A stretch of 64,000 nt of DNA, taken from Macrostomum lignano. Taxonomy: Eukaryota. The DNA is taken from contig NIVC01003672.1 in NCBI GenBank assembly GCA_002269645.1, positions 41,902-105,901 of the forward strand, written 5' to 3'. A program made the position numbers and the translations under genes. Numbering within the stretch: the stretch's first letter is position 1; every line of letters starts with the position of its first letter. The notes below the pieces were generated by a model that did not search any database, was not told where the DNA came from, and was given only the letters and a program-made list of their open reading frames with translations. Below are positions 1-20,822 of the stretch, piece after piece.

Positions 1-329
1 AATCACGGTGACTACCATTCTGCCACTCAGCGGGGTCGAAGGGAGAGTAACTCCTAATAAATAAATTTTCTCAGTCCTATAATCTTTAATGACATGACAC
101 GGCCTTCACACATGGGGCTCCAAGGCTCCACGCTCCTTCCAGTGATTTTTTTAGAATAGTCTTTGCTCTTAGCAAAGACAGCGCACTGCCCCCATCCACC
201 AGAAGGTGGGTGGGCACATTCTTGATAGGATACTCTACAACAATATCTCTCCGCGTTGCCTTCTAGCTGGCCTCAGCTGGTACAAGTCGGGCACTTTTTC
301 AAACATAGGCTTCTTTCCTATGTTTTGCT

Positions 330-1770
330 ATCTATCTTTTCTATCTTTCCTTCTTTCCTAAGGGGAGAGAGTGGAGACCAGAGATAAATGAGAAGAGAGA
401 GCAAAGATGAAAGAGAAGAAAGGTGAGGGAAGATCGACGAGAGAAGATGGGAGAGAGGAGATAGGAAAGAAGAGAAGAGAAGAGAGAGAGAGAGAAGAGA
501 GAGAGAGGAAACAAAAGAGAAGATAGAGTTTCAAAGGATCCGAGGGACATAGAGAGAGACAGGAGGCCAGAGATTTTGCCGATACATGTTTTCAAAAGAC
601 AAGCTTTTGTTTGAATATGACTTCAGATTTTAGAACTAGATATAAGCTGAGCTGAGAGAGAAGATGAAAGTAGAGGCTGAGAGTAGAGAGAGGCTGAGAG
701 CAGAGAGGGGCTGAGAGCAGAGAGGGGCTCAGAGCAGAGAGGGGCTGAGAGTAGAGAGGGGCTGGGGATAGAGGTTGAGAGTGGATAGAGGCTGAGAGTA
801 GAGAGAGGCTGAGAGTGGAGAGGCTGAGAATAGAGAGGTTGAGAGTAAATAGAGGCTGAGAGTAGAGAGGTTCAGAGTAGAGAGGCTAGTTCACGTTGTT
901 CTCAATCCCATTCCACTATACATGTAGTTTTTATCTAATGTGACTAAGCCAGGTGCTTTTAGTGCAGGGGTTGGCAAACTTTTTACCTCGATTGAGAACC
1001 CAGCTCATGACTGCCCTTCTAGTCCGCTTCGTTGGCCCCCAAAGCGAAGCGAGGAGTCCTGATGACAGAGCGGGCCAGAGGTGAGGAGAGAGGGTAAGGA
1101 ATAGAGAAGAGAAATACAAGCATAGGATAAACGAGAGGCGAAGGAATAAAGGAGAAGAGAGTTGATGAGAGGAGAGATTATATACGAGCGGAGAGAGAGG
1201 AGAAGGGAGATTAATGGAGAGGAGAAAGGAGGGAAGGGAGAAGAAAATGAAGAGGAAAAGGGAGATGAATGATGATAGCAAAGAGGTGAGAAGAGAGGAG
1301 AGGATAGACATGAGGAGAAAGGAGAGGAGAGAGGTGAGGCAGAGATGAGAGAGGAGAGGGCAGAGATGAGAGAGAGAAAAGATGAGAGGAGAGGGCAGAC
1401 ATGAGAGAGAAAAGATGAGAGAAGAGGGCAGACATGAGAGAGAGAATAGATTAGAGAGAGGGCAAGAGATGAGAGGAGAGGGCAGAGATGAGAGGAGAGG
1501 GCAGAGATGAGAGAGAGAAAGATGATACAGGAGAGGGCAGAGATGAGAGAAAGAAAGATGATACAGGAGAGGGCAGAGATGAGAGAGAAAAGAGAGAAGA
1601 GGGCAGACATGAGAGAGAATAGATAAGAGAGAAGAGGGCAAGAGATGAGAGAGGAGAGGGCAGAGATGAGAGAGAGAAAAGATTAGAGACGAGAGGGCAG
1701 AAATGACAGAGAAAAGAAAAGAGACGAGAGTGCAGAGATGAGAGAAAAGATGAGAGACAAGAGGCACTCC
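330..1770. repeat. GA-rich low-complexity/minisatellite region (GCTGAGAGTAGAGAG-like units about 650-890; GAGAGGGCAGAGATGA-like units about 1330-1760)
   Basis: Directly visible purine-rich degenerate tandem units. The minus-strand Leu/Ser ORFs here are translations of the repeat. Confidence 0.85.
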
Positions 1771-4469
1771 AATTTTTGCTTACTTCTATCATAACTAATA
1801 CCTTTACCCTCTACCTTTAACTTTTAACATATACAAACAACACGTCAGTTTTAGTATATTGAGATACGTTTGAAACTATTATCCATGATACAAAAATCAA
1901 ATGTCTTGTGCTAGTAGTGCTACTAGCTTTAGTAGGTAGTAATACCTGCTATAAAGGGAAGTGTTTTTTGTTTTACTTAGTCTAATTTCACTAACGAAAT
2001 CTGTCTTCTCCGAGACTTAAAGCTACGTCATACCCCACCCCAATCACAGCCAATAGGAAATGAGGAAATATATAGACCTATTCCTATCCAAGCAGCCATT
2101 CAAAGCTGTGGCCATCTTGGTGTGTGGCCATCTTGGTCATGTGCCATTAAATGCTTGCTAAGCCAAAATGCATGCTAGATTCTGGCATGAATAATGTCTT
2201 TTGGAATATATAGAATTGGAGTAGATCTAGCTTATCTAATTGGTTCCAGGTCATTTTGTAAAATACCATTTCATCAAAAGCTTTTTTGTCAAACAGTAAA
2301 TTGGTCATTTCGTCAAACAGTAGATAAAATAGAGCCCACTGTAATTAATTTTTAAATAATTTAATTAGTTTTTTAAATAAATAATTTAATGTCAAGATAA
2401 ATCTATATCAAAAGGACATCACTACCTTTTGTTTAAGTGAAGGGTTTCTAAGAATGAAACATAAAAAAGGATAACCCTAATCTTAACTTTTAATTTTTCC
2501 CTTTACATCTTGATTCTTAGCTTTGTGAAATTATGCTCTTATTATATTATTTCATTCATATTAGTACCAAGAATGGTACAACTGCATGGTTTTTATATTT
2601 TATTATGCAATTATGAGTAATCTGACTAGCTAACTACTACGATTTGTGCCTTTTCTTAGAAACATTATTTTAAACAAGCAGTATACTTCTTTTTTAATGC
2701 TGACCTATTGAGTATACATGCGACTAATCTAGAGTAACTTCAATTTACATTTGAAACTAGGCACACACTTTGACGAACTAACCAAGTGACTATTTGACAA
2801 AAAGGCTTTTGACAAAAAGGTTTTTGATGAAATGACCAATCACCATCTAATCCTAATTAACTATAATATAGGCCTAGTCTTAATGACAATAATGATTTTA
2901 GATAATGGTAGAAAATGTGCAAAATATAGTAAGAAATTCTACAAAAAAATCAATATAAAAAATATAGAAGGTTATAGAAGTGAGGAAAAGTAATACAAAA
3001 CTCTTATTATTCTATTACCCTGAAAAAATTCCATTAGGCCTGCTAACACTAATACTAGGCCTACAGATCAATGGGCCATTTATTAATAATAATAGAATGC
3101 CCAACACTGTGCTGTGTGCATTCTAGATACATTATCTCCATTGAGGCAATAATAGGCCTATTGTCATAGGCTACTTATAAATTTTAATTGATACTTGTAG
3201 TAATGAAAACGATTATCCTAATTATATGCTTCCATGCTAGCATTGAGATAGGTGTAGTGTTCAGTCGTTTTTATAGGTGATATGTATGGTGACATTCTAA
3301 AAAAATCTTTATTTTAAAAATCAATAATATGAATATGAATATGAGCAATATGAAACTATTATGTGACAATGTCATTTCGTCCGCGTTTCAGCACTGTACA
3401 CAAAAACTGGGCAGGTAAGGCAAGCTTGCAGGCATTGCATGTGCCACGTAAAAAAAAGATGTTGTTGTTGACCAGCCGTCGCGGCCGCGTGGGTAACAAA
3501 TTCGAAAATTGGAATTTAGTTTAGAATCTTTCTACGAAATGAAGCGGCTTAACGATGTGTGTTTATTTCATTCTTGAAAATTATCTGCAAAGTGTTTTTT
3601 TGAACCCAAAAGTACTTAAAGTTTTTATATTTTTACGTAAAATTGAGCTAAAAATGAAACTATTTTTATCTATGGAAAACAAACTAACATTTCAACTGGT
3701 GCAACATTGAATATTTTAAATTTCTGATGCCGGACTGGCGGACTCTGTCTGGGATTGAGACTAGTCTTTTACCTATGCTTGGCTTTTATATTCGTTTATA
3801 AGTTAAAAACGAAGCCCACAAGAAGTAAGCAACCTTTTTCTCTATTGATAAGGGGTCCATTTTTTCCTAGATTAATGATGTGCTTCTTTCTCTGTGCGAC
3901 GGTACGAGTACAGCTTCAGCTTTATATTAATGCGTTTGCATCCACTCAAATACTTCTAATGTTTAAAAAGCTTTTATGAGTGTTATTCCTTTTCTGAATT
4001 TAAAGTAGGTTTCCTTGATTGAGGGCTAGGAATGATCCGTTCTCTGTATACTCGTATCGTATGTCATTTAAGGATGAGTGGATGACTTAACGGACCTGAA
4101 ACTTCGTTTCTTAAAAAAACATTTTGATGGTTGAATTTTGCGCAAAAAATACGCAGCGGCAACAGGAACTTACGTTAGTAAGTTTGCAATAACTGTTTAT
4201 TTTCGGCGCTAAAATAGAAATAGTTTTATCTTGGAGGCAGATCGAATGTTCAAGCATAACACTCCTGTTTGATTGCTCCATTGATTTTGTAACGAATGAT
4301 GCTTAAAAAGCGACGTTTCCTGTCCTTCTGCTTAGTCTTAGGTCGTCCTTGATACCATCAATGTTAATTTTTATTATAGCTTTTCAAAATTTTTCATTTC
4401 TTCAAAGGTTGAGCTGAGCTGTTAAGCTTGTTTTACAATTTTGTTAGAGCTGTTGAGTAGTAGTTTTAC

Positions 4470-4638
4470 CAGGAGATGATCCAGGGGTGGTCAAGGGGGC
4501 CATGCCCCCTCAGCCGTCGCCAAAAAATTGGGCCATACTTTTTGGCTGGTAACTATCCAAGGCATTTTTTTATTTTGGGTAGTAATTGCGTGGTTTAGAT
4601 TACCCCCACCCTTCAAAAATTTTCCGGATCCGCCCCTG
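4470..4638. mobile_element. Non-autonomous hAT-type MITE (169 bp)
   Basis: 8-bp direct repeat AGTTTTAC at 4462-4469 and 4639-4646. The ends CAGGAGATGATCC and GGATCCGCCCCTG form a degenerate CAGGGG-type TIR. Confidence 0.7.
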
Positions 4639-5682
4639 AGTTTTACTTCACTTGCCCTGTTCTAATTTTTAATGATTTGATTTGAATTCATTTGATTAAT
4701 CTTTATATTTGTAGGTCCCTATATTAAAACTAACAGTGAGTGTGAAACAGAAATGTTGAATTTGATTTTTTGCTTAGTAGTTCATCTTGTAAAATATTTT
4801 GTTTAGCAAAATTCAATCTAGTACACCTATATGACATTCTTCAGCAAAAATATGCAAAGTGAGCGCAAGTCAAGTGAACACTTTGTCAACCATCAAACTT
4901 TGGAAGAGCCAAGCAAGCGCAGGTTTGTGTTGCTCACATCGAGTCAAATTCACAGCTCCCTCTTGGTTGCAAAATTATGCTGCTCACGGAAAAGCACTAG
5001 CTTGTTCATCTCGCATGGTGTGCTATATGTTAAATGTTTTCTTTTTGGTGATTGGGAAGTATGCTAGTATTTACTGTCTCGATCAATGCTACTTTACTGA
5101 ACGTCTTTTGCACTTCACTGCATGTATAGAGACGCTGCTCATGGACAATATTAGACCTATAATATAGCACAATTACTATTATTGTCAAAGCTACACTTAG
5201 CTCAAATCAAAGGTTTGACCGAAAGGACGACTAAATTGAATGTAGAATGTGATTGGTCAGCATTTTGATGTTCACTAAAGAACCATAAAATTGTAGCAGT
5301 TTGAATTACGGGGATACTGCATGTTCAAATATCCAGTATTATCTGATTGAAGTAGTATAACTGGGGATGTGAAACCATGTTTGCTTCTTTATTTTGTTTA
5401 GCTACTTTAAATTTCATCGCGCAAAAAAATATCGCTGTTAGATACGAGCTGGGCGTGTATCCTACGCTGGTTGGATTTTTCCTTCCCATGCATGGCTTTG
5501 CTCGCATATAGGCTATTAATTAATCCAATTGACTCGGCAAATACACCTGAGACTCCCTATCACCTGATTATTGAATTCAGGTCTTCCTGCCGGCATTTGG
5601 ATGGATGCATAGAAGGAATATATCCAATTCTAATGTGACAATAGAGCTCAGATTCAGAATAGCCAACCCAATTGCTAGGGGT

Positions 5683-5823
<141 letters not shown>

Positions 5824-6209
5824 CGACTCCCCAGCTGCTCTTATGTTTCAGCCATTTCATCCCTTCTCCTCCCTCCGCTCTGTGAGCAAAACGGTTGTGC
5901 AGCAGGCTTGCTACATTCCAAGTCTTTCCCAATCGTTAGTTCTCGTCTCCGCACCGATTCCCCATCAACTGTTCCTTTCCATCGCCCATCCCCAAAACCC
6001 CTTTGGGGTAAACGCTTCTTTTATAAACTATAACGACATTGCGGAGCCGAGAGCGCTACTCCAAAACAATCGACAAGCGGAACTCGCATGCCTTTCATGC
6101 TTTGGTATTTTTTCGCTAGTCTACGAGGAAGACTAAGACAGAATGTAACGGTCCTCCGGCTCAATAGCTCGTAGTAACTATATAATATAGTTTCTATTAA
6201 GTATACTAA

Positions 6210-12585
<6,376 letters not shown>

Positions 12586-13330
12586 GAATGTGGGAGCTAC
12601 ATCCTAAAATCCGAAACAGACATACATTATTTACATTTACAGTCATACGATATTTAGCTTTTTGCAATCCTTTGTGCAATAGAAGCGATCTATTTTTGCG
12701 GCTCTATAAAAAAGCATATTGATTTTATGGTTATTTAGCTAAACAAAATATTTGAGGCAGCCAAAATTTTTCTGATTATTTTGCTGTCACAAATCTTTAC
12801 AAATGTAAGTGTAAATATATTTGCTTTTATGCTATAATTCGTCCTTTTCGTCATAATATACGGGTATTTAATGTACTGAATATATCTGATATTGATCACT
12901 AATTGCAATACGAGGACTGCACTGTAGTAACAATACTGTAGTTAACTATATGTAGTATATACATAATTTTACTGGCTGTTGTCCTTGGTGCAATATTATA
13001 AATTTGAAAGAAAGATTAAATATTTTGATTTTAAATGTTATCTTGATATCTATATTTTTACGACTATTTACGGAAGTTTAGTTGGTTTTTTAATAATGCT
13101 TTGTTATAATATTTTAGTCTCAGTAGGTGTACTTACTTATCAGTCTTTTCTTTTATTTATTCGTTTGTTTATTATATTTAGTCGGATGAACATATTTTAG
13201 CTGCATTCACGTACCTACCCAACTAGTTTTTATACATCTACTTTATATGTGCATCGTTACGAAGTTTAGTTTCTTGCATTAGCTAATCTGTTTGTTATAA
13301 TAAATGTTGTACACCGGTACATTTACTATC

Positions 13331-16300
13331 TGTTGTGTATGAGTGTGCATATGCATGTGTGTGACACTGAAGCTTGGGCTATACTCGTATGAATATTACT
13401 GTCTATGGTATAAATACACGTGACGGCCTAGAGAGACGGCCATGCCCTCTGAGCTTTAGTTTCATCAGACCGCGCGCTATAGAAGATATAACCCTCTCGG
13501 CTTCGCGATATATAACATGGCGTCGCAAGCAGCCAGAGAAGAAGCCCACGAATAAGAAGTCAAGGCTAAGCAAGAGCAAGATTGCAGAGCTGCAATTGTT
13601 CTGGGGCGTTCCTGTAGAAATGCCTCCAAAGCCGAAAATTGACTTAAAAAGCGCTCCACACTTCGACCTCGAATCTCAGAAGGCCGTATTCCCACAATGG
13701 AAGCAGTTGTGGGAGGCTTTTGAGGAACTATCAGGCCTGAACGACATCGAGCAAGAGGCCGAGAAGAAGAAGTTCCAACTCTTCCTTTGCGACACTGCCT
13801 GAGTCTGGAGACCCTACGAGTGGTGGACAGCTTACCTCAGCTACTAGGAAAGGATAAAGACGACGCCAAGGAGATCATCAAGGCCCTGGAAGCATTCATC
13901 ACCGAGCAGAAGAACGAGATATTCGAGAGGAGGGAATTCTGGCTACGAAATCAAGCAGAAGGTGAGAGCTTCAATGATTGGTACGTGTCCATCAAAGAAA
14001 TCTCGTCCAGGTGCAACTTCGAGCGATGCTGTGACGGGTGCGCCGAATACCAGCTCAGAGACAGAATTGTCATGGGACTTCGCGACCCCAGCACTGTAGA
14101 GAAGTTGCTAGAGGAAGGCAGTGAGCTAACGCTGGAGAGAGCAAAGACCATTTGTGAGTCGATGGAGAGTTCGAGGAAAAACTGCGCCATAATGAAGGGC
14201 GAGACACCGACCGTCTCCGCTGTGCGACACGCGTCAAGCTACCGGAAGGCCAAGCGGACTGGAGCAGCGGAGAATCGACAGGCAGGAAGACCTGTTCAAC
14301 AGAGCCGGGCGAAACATCCTGGTCAAGCCTGCAAGTTCTGCGGACGAGAGCACGAGGTCGGCAAAGAGAAATGTCCGGCCTGGGGGAAGTCGTGCACAAA
14401 GTGCGGCAAGCTCAACCATTTCGCTAAGCAGTGCAGAAGTGGACAGTCAGCCAAGCACGGCGAGAGAGTCCACTCAATTTTCGCCGCAACTGGCGCACAA
14501 GGGACCTCAGCATGCTGTGTGGAGGTAAAAATTCGCACCCCTGACGGAACAAAGACCATCGCCGCCTTACCGGACACAGGCGCTTTCATAGATGCCATCC
14601 CTGAGAGCTTGATGCCTATTGTAGGAGCAGATATGAACAACCTACATCCTTCAGACATCAAACCCAAGGCAGTCGACGGCCGGCTATTAAAAGCCAAGGG
14701 CTCGATTCAGCTGCAAGTATCCATGGGTGAAACTGAGCTGCAGCGTACGTTTCACGTCCTCAGCGGAATATCCATCATGATTCTATCAAGAGAAGCGTGT
14801 CGTGATCTGGGTATCATTCCAAGAAACTTTCCAAAGCAAATCGTGGCAAGCATGAATCAGCACGATACCAACGCTGGCACAGAGGAGGACCTAAAAAAAG
14901 AGTTTTCGGACGTGTTCACCGGAAAAGTTGGCAGAATGGCTGGTGAGATGTTCAGAATTAAACTATCAGCGGACGCAAAGCCGTTTGCCATTTCGACCCC
15001 GAGAAGAATTGCGGAACCGCTCAAGTTACAGCTCAAGAAGGAACTGGAGGATCTCGAGCGAGATGGGATCATAGCAAAGGTCACAGAGCCTACGGAATGG
15101 TGTGCGCCGATCACCGTGCAGCCAAAGAAAGGCCAGAGCAAGATAAGAATGTGCGTCGACCTACGGTGCTTAAACAAATACGTCATCCGAGAGCGCTACG
15201 TCAGCCAAACGCCATTTGAAGTTGTGTCAAGTGTACACAAGGGCGCCAGGTTCTTCACAACCGTTGATGCCACGAAAGGATACCACCAAGTGCCACTGGA
15301 TGACGCGTCACAAATACTGACAACTTTTATCACACCATTCGGACGGTACAAGTTCCTACGTGCCCCCTTTGGACTGTCGTCCATATCGGAGCATTACAAT
15401 AGGCGTGTGGATGAAGTGCTAGAGGGACTGAAGAGCACCTATCATATTGTGGACGACGTACTGCTGGCTCACGACGACTTTGACGAGCATCGCCGTGCTG
15501 TTCGTGAGTTTCTGCAGCGATGCAGGGACCGCGGCATCAGCCTGAATCCAGAGAAGTTTGTGTTTGCTCAGCCCAGTGTGACATTTGCCGGATTCCAGTT
15601 GGACTCGAAAGGATACGCTATAGACCCTGCCATAGTGAAGGCGATTCGAGACTTCCCGAAGCCAGAAAATCTGACCGACCTCAGAGCGTTCTTCGGACTA
15701 GTGAATCAGATTGGGTTCTGTAGTGACAAGATAGCTTCCCTCGGTGAGCCGTTGAGAGAGTTGTTGAAACCGAGGAATGAGTTCATGTGGAGCTGCGAAC
15801 ACGAAAAAGCATTTGACAGCATGCGGAAAGAACTAAGCAATGTTCCTACAATGGCCTACTATGACCACACGAGGCAGACAGCACTGCACACGGATGCGTC
15901 TCGACTGAAGGGGCTTGGATTCGTGCTCAAGCAAAAGCAAGACAATGGCATTTGGAAAGTGGTTCAAGCAGGCTCGCGGTTCATTTCGGAGACAGAGAGG
16001 CGATACGCCATGATTGAACTGGAGCTGTTGGCAGTCGTATGGGCGGCAAAGAAATGTCGTCTGTTCCTCGAAGGACTGCAGAATTTTGAGATAATCATCG
16101 ACCACAAGCCGTTGGAGCCGATTTTAAATAGATACACCTTGGATCAGATTGAGAATCCGAGGCTTCAGAGGTTGCGACAGAAACTGGATTGCTTCCAGTA
16201 CACGGCTCGATGGGTGAAAGGCAGTGACCACAAGGCCGCCGATGCCTTGTCAAGAGCCCCGGTAGAGCCGGCAACCAAAGACGAAGAACTTGCGGAGGAG

Positions 16301-17874
16301 CACGAGAGCAACATCATCATGGCTATTGATGAGATTCAAGCTTCTGAAGCAGAGTTGACGCGAATTGCCAGAAGAGACCAGGAGTACCAGGAGCTGAAGC
16401 GATTGGTTCAGCAAGGATTCCCTAACGAGAAGGGAAACGTACCGGTCCATCTAAGACAATTTTGGAACATCCGCGACAAACTAGCAGTCGAGCATGACTT
16501 GATCGTAGTAGGAAGGCGATTGCTCATTCCCAAGGAGATGCGAGCAGAAGTCCTGAATAGGATGCTCAAGATGCATCAGGGAGTCGTTAAGATGAAAGAG
16601 AGAGCCAGAATGACTTTCTATTGGCCGGGAATCGACAACGATATAGAAATGTCAGCCAGGAAGTGTATCCCGTGCCAAGAGACTTTGCCTAGTCAAGTAA
16701 AGGAGCCGATGGTTGTGAGAAAGGAACCGGAACGCGTCTTTCAAGAAGTCCATGCCGACTTGTTTCAATTCGCTGGGAAGATGTTCCTGGTGACTGTGGA
16801 CGGAAAGTCTGGTTGGCCAACACTAGACTACTTCGGAACTGATGCCTCAACGTACAAGGTGATCAACGTGCTGCGAAGACGTTTCTGTGAGAAGGGCGCG
16901 CCGGAGGTGTTATGGTCAGACAATGGACCGCAATTCACAGCCAAGCCATTTCTGGGATTCTTGCGTCGTTGGAATGTGGAGCAGAGGACATCATCCCCCA
17001 CGTACGCGCAGAGCAATGGGCGAGCGGAGGCAGCCGTCAAGGCAATGAAAAAGCTGGTGCGTGGAAATTGGAATCACGGAGCCAGAGAGCCGAACTGGGA
17101 CGATCTCTGCCAGGGGATACTGATGTATTGCAACACTCCGCGATACGACGGCAGATCACCAGCACAGATGGTGTTCGGTCACGAGGTTCGCGATACCCTG
17201 CCAATTCACCGGAGAGCGTTCGCCAAGGAATGGCAAGCAGCAGCAGATGAGGTGGACAACAGGGCAGCGGAGAAGAGGGAGAGGATGGAGGTGTACTACA
17301 ATAGAGCAGCTCACCAACTCCCAGCCTTGCGAGTGCGAGACAGAGTTGCAGTGCAGGACGCCCAGACCAAGCGATGGGACAAGTACGGCGTGGTGGTCGA
17401 GCTAATGAAAAACAACGACTTTCTAGTCAAGCTGACCAGCGGCCGGGTTCTTCGGAGAAACCGAAAGTTCCTACGGAGAAGGTTTCCAGCACATGCGGCG
17501 GAAGCTCGCTACCAGCCCAATACTGGCCCTGCGGACTCGCAAGGTACGAATGGAGCCAGAGGGCCGGAAGGACGATCAAGACCGTGGCATACGAGAAACC
17601 GTCGGCCACCCAACAGGCTTCAGATTGACCCCGCAAAAGTTCGTACGACTGACTGACAAGAAGTCACATTGTAACTGAAGGGGGAGGTGTTGTGTATGAG
17701 TGTGCATATGCATGTGTGTGACACTGAAGCTTGGGCTATACTCGTATGAATATTACTGTCTATGGTATAAATACACGTGACGGCCTAGAGAGACGGCCAT
17801 GCCCTCTGAGCTTTAGTTTCATCAGACCGCGCGCTATAGAAGATATAACCCTCTCGGCTTCGCGATATATAACA
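13331..17874 (+). mobile_element. Ty3/gypsy LTR retrotransposon, full length, very recent
   Basis: LTRs 13331-13517 and 17688-17874 (187 bp, TGT...ACA, identical by eye). 5-bp TSD CTATC at 13326-30 and 17875-79. PBS TGGCGTCGCAAGCAG at 13518; PPT GAAGGGGGAGG at 17677-87. Domain order gag-PR-RT-RH-IN. Confidence 0.97.
13620..17656 (+). CDS. Gag-Pol polyprotein (one -1 frameshift near 13790)
   Basis: ATG at 13620 (MPPKPKID). CCHC knuckle CTKCGKLNHFAKQC, protease LPDTGA, RT (CVDLRCLN, HIVDD), RNase H (HTDAS...ELE), integrase (HQG...CIPC, SDNGPQF, SNGRAE). Confidence 0.92.
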
Positions 17875-18714
17875 CTATCATTGAATTTTTTAAACAAAAC
17901 ACAAAACAGTGAGTTATTTTGTCTCATATGTATACCATTTATATACCATTTATTGTATTCTCTGGTGGTGCAGGCACAAAATTTGGCTATATATTAATCT
18001 GAAAAATATTAAATAAATATTATTTATGCGGGCGCATCTCTGGCTTTGCGGTAACTATATGGTCGGAATAATGAGCAATTCTCGATTTTTTTCTGCTATT
18101 TTTTTACTGACGGAACACAAATATTTTATTATCAATATTATTATGCGATATTAACTTCATCTCCTGCTCAGACAGGTGTCACACTGTATTTTAAGTGTAG
18201 CATATTAGACACTCAAATTAGAGTAAATTTACTCAAAGTAGCAACTACAAATCGACAGAGATAGAGATAGTCATTCATCTGTTCACAAATCGAAGTGAAT
18301 AATAATTATTATTATTGTGTACTATTAGCGTCGATTAACAACTTTAGAATTGGAACAAAAAAGTGGTTGATAGAAAAATTAAAGTAGAAGAAGCGTTTGG
18401 ACTTTACTTTTTTTTAGCCAGAGTTCGACAAATTCGGTTCGGTATTGAGAGGAATTGTTTCTGCAACTGCAACACTTCCGGAAGCTGACGCAGATTAATA
18501 GTTCGAATAGTTAGCTGATATAAAATTCAGATAATTTTTTAAGGACAAAAAATACTCGTACATTTACATGCATTTATGAACATATACATTAAGGCCGTAA
18601 GCGGATATTGTTGTTTGGTTGATTACGACTCTGAAATTGTCGTCTAGCAGTTGTCCTCAGACGCACTCAAAAGATTACGGTCGACTTGTATTTTTCGACT
18701 CTGTGGGGACTGTC

Positions 18715-20665
18715 TGTACAGATTCTGTGGCAACTGTCTGTCTGTACAGATTCTGTGGCAACTGTCTGTCTGTACAGATTCTGTGGCAACTGTCTGTCTG
18801 TACAGATTCTGTGGCAACTGTCTGTCTGTACAGATTCTGTGGCAACTGTCTGTCTGTACGGATTCTGTGACAACTGTCTGTCTGTACGGATTCTGTGACA
18901 ACTGTCTGTCTGTACAGATTCTGTGGCAACTGTCAGTGTGTACAGATTCTGTGGCAACTGTCTGTCTGTACAGATTCTGTGGCAACTGTCTGTGTGTACA
19001 GATTCTGTGGCAACTGTCAGTGTGTACAGATTCTGTGGCAACTGTCTGTCTGAACAGATTCTGTGGCAACTGTCTGTGTGTACAGATTCTGTGGCAACTG
19101 TCTGTCTGTACAGATTCTGTGACAAATGTCTGTCTGTACAGATTCTGTGGCAACTGTCTGTGTGTACAGATTCTGTGACAAATGTCTGTCTGTACAGATT
19201 CTGTGGCAACTGTCTGTCTATACAGATTCTGTGGCAACTGTCTGTGTGTACAGATTCTGTGGCAACTGTCTGTGTGTACAGATTCTGTGACAAATGTCTG
19301 TCTGTACAGATTCTGTGACAAATGTCTGTCTGTACAGATTCTGTGGCAACTGTCTGTCTGTACAGATTCTGTGGCAACTGTCTGTCTATACAGATTCTGT
19401 GGCAAATGTCTGTCTATACAGATTCTGTGGCAACTGTCTGTGTGTACAGATTCTGTGACAAATGTCTGTCTGTACAGATTCTGTGGCAACTGTCTGTCTG
19501 TACAGATTCTGTGGCAACTGTCTGTCTGTACAGATTCTGTGACAAATGTCTGTCTGAACAGATTCTGTGGCAACTGTCTGTCTGTACAGATTCTGTGGAA
19601 ACTGTCACATTCTGTGGCAACTGTCTGTCTGTACAGATTCTGTGGCAACTGTCTGTGTGTACAGATTCTGTGACAAATGTCTGTCTGTACAGATTCTGTG
19701 GCAACTGTCTGTGTGTACAGATTCTGTGACAAATGTCTGTCTGAACAGATTCTGTGGCAACTGTCTGTCTGTACAGATTCTGTGGCAACTGTCTGTGTGT
19801 ACAGATTCTGTGACAAATGTCTGTCTGTACAGATTCTGTGGCAACTGTCTGTGTGTACAGATTCTGTGACAAATGTCTGTCTGTACAGATTCTGTGGCAA
19901 CTGTCTGTCTACAGATTCTGTGACAAATGTCTGTCTGTACAGATTCTGTGGCAACTGTCTGTCTGTACAGATTCTGTGGAAACTGTCACATTCTGTGGCA
20001 ACTGTCTGTCTGTACAGATTCTGTGGCAACTGTCTGTGTGTACAGATTCTGTGACAAATGTCTGTCTGTACAGATTCTGTGGCAACTGTCTGTGTGTACG
20101 GATTCTGTGACAAATGTCTGTCTGAACAGATTCTGTGGCAACTGTCTGTGTGTACAGATTCTGTGGCAACTGTCTGTCTGTACAGATTCTGTGACAAATG
20201 TCTGTCTGTACAGATTTTGTGGCAACTGTCTGTCTGTACAGATTCTGTGACAAATGTCTGTCTGAACAGATTCTGTGGCAACTGTCTGTCTGTACAGATT
20301 CTGTGACAAATGTCTGTCTGAACAGATTCTGTGGCAACTGTCTGTCTGTACAGATTCTGTGGAAACTGTCTGTCTGAACAGATTCTGTGGCAACTGTCTG
20401 TGTGTACAGATTCTGTGACAAATGTCTGTCTGAACAGATTCTGTGGCAACTGTCTGTCTGAACAGATTCTGTGGCAACTGTCTGTCTGAACAGATTCTGT
20501 GACAAATGTCTGTCTGAACAGATTCTGTGGCAACTGTCTGTCTGAACAGATTCTGTGGCAACTGTCTGTCTGAACAGATTCTGTGACAAATGTCTGTCTG
20601 TACAGATTCTGTGGCAACTGTCTGTCTACAGATTCTGTGACAAATGTCTGTCTGTACAGATTCTG
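18715..20665. repeat. 28-bp satellite (TACAGATTCTGTGGCAACTGTCTGTCTG), about 70 copies
   Basis: Tandem array; 28-aa periodicity in all the overlapping ORFs. Confidence 0.97.
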
Positions 20666-20822
20666 GTGGGACTGCTACCATTAAAAATCGTGTCCAGTAT
20701 TTTTCGACCTGTTTCTTCTGTCCTGTAGATTTTCAGCGCAGATTGTGAGCAACATAAAAATTTAAACGAAAGCCAAAAATGAAGAATGCAATTTGTGGAA
20801 TTCGGTTGTTCTACTCCCATCA

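Noticed and set aside
1040-1085. CTGATGA hammerhead-like core
   Set aside because: There is no stem II followed by GAAA and no closing stems.
2248-2840. Inverted GGTCATTTC(A/G)TCAAA repeats, possible MITE
   Set aside because: The termini are fuzzy and I could not identify a TSD.
18619-20681. Long ORFs up to 657 aa with Cys/His periodicity
   Set aside because: They are translations of the 28-bp satellite, open in several frames on both strands, so they are not zinc-finger genes.
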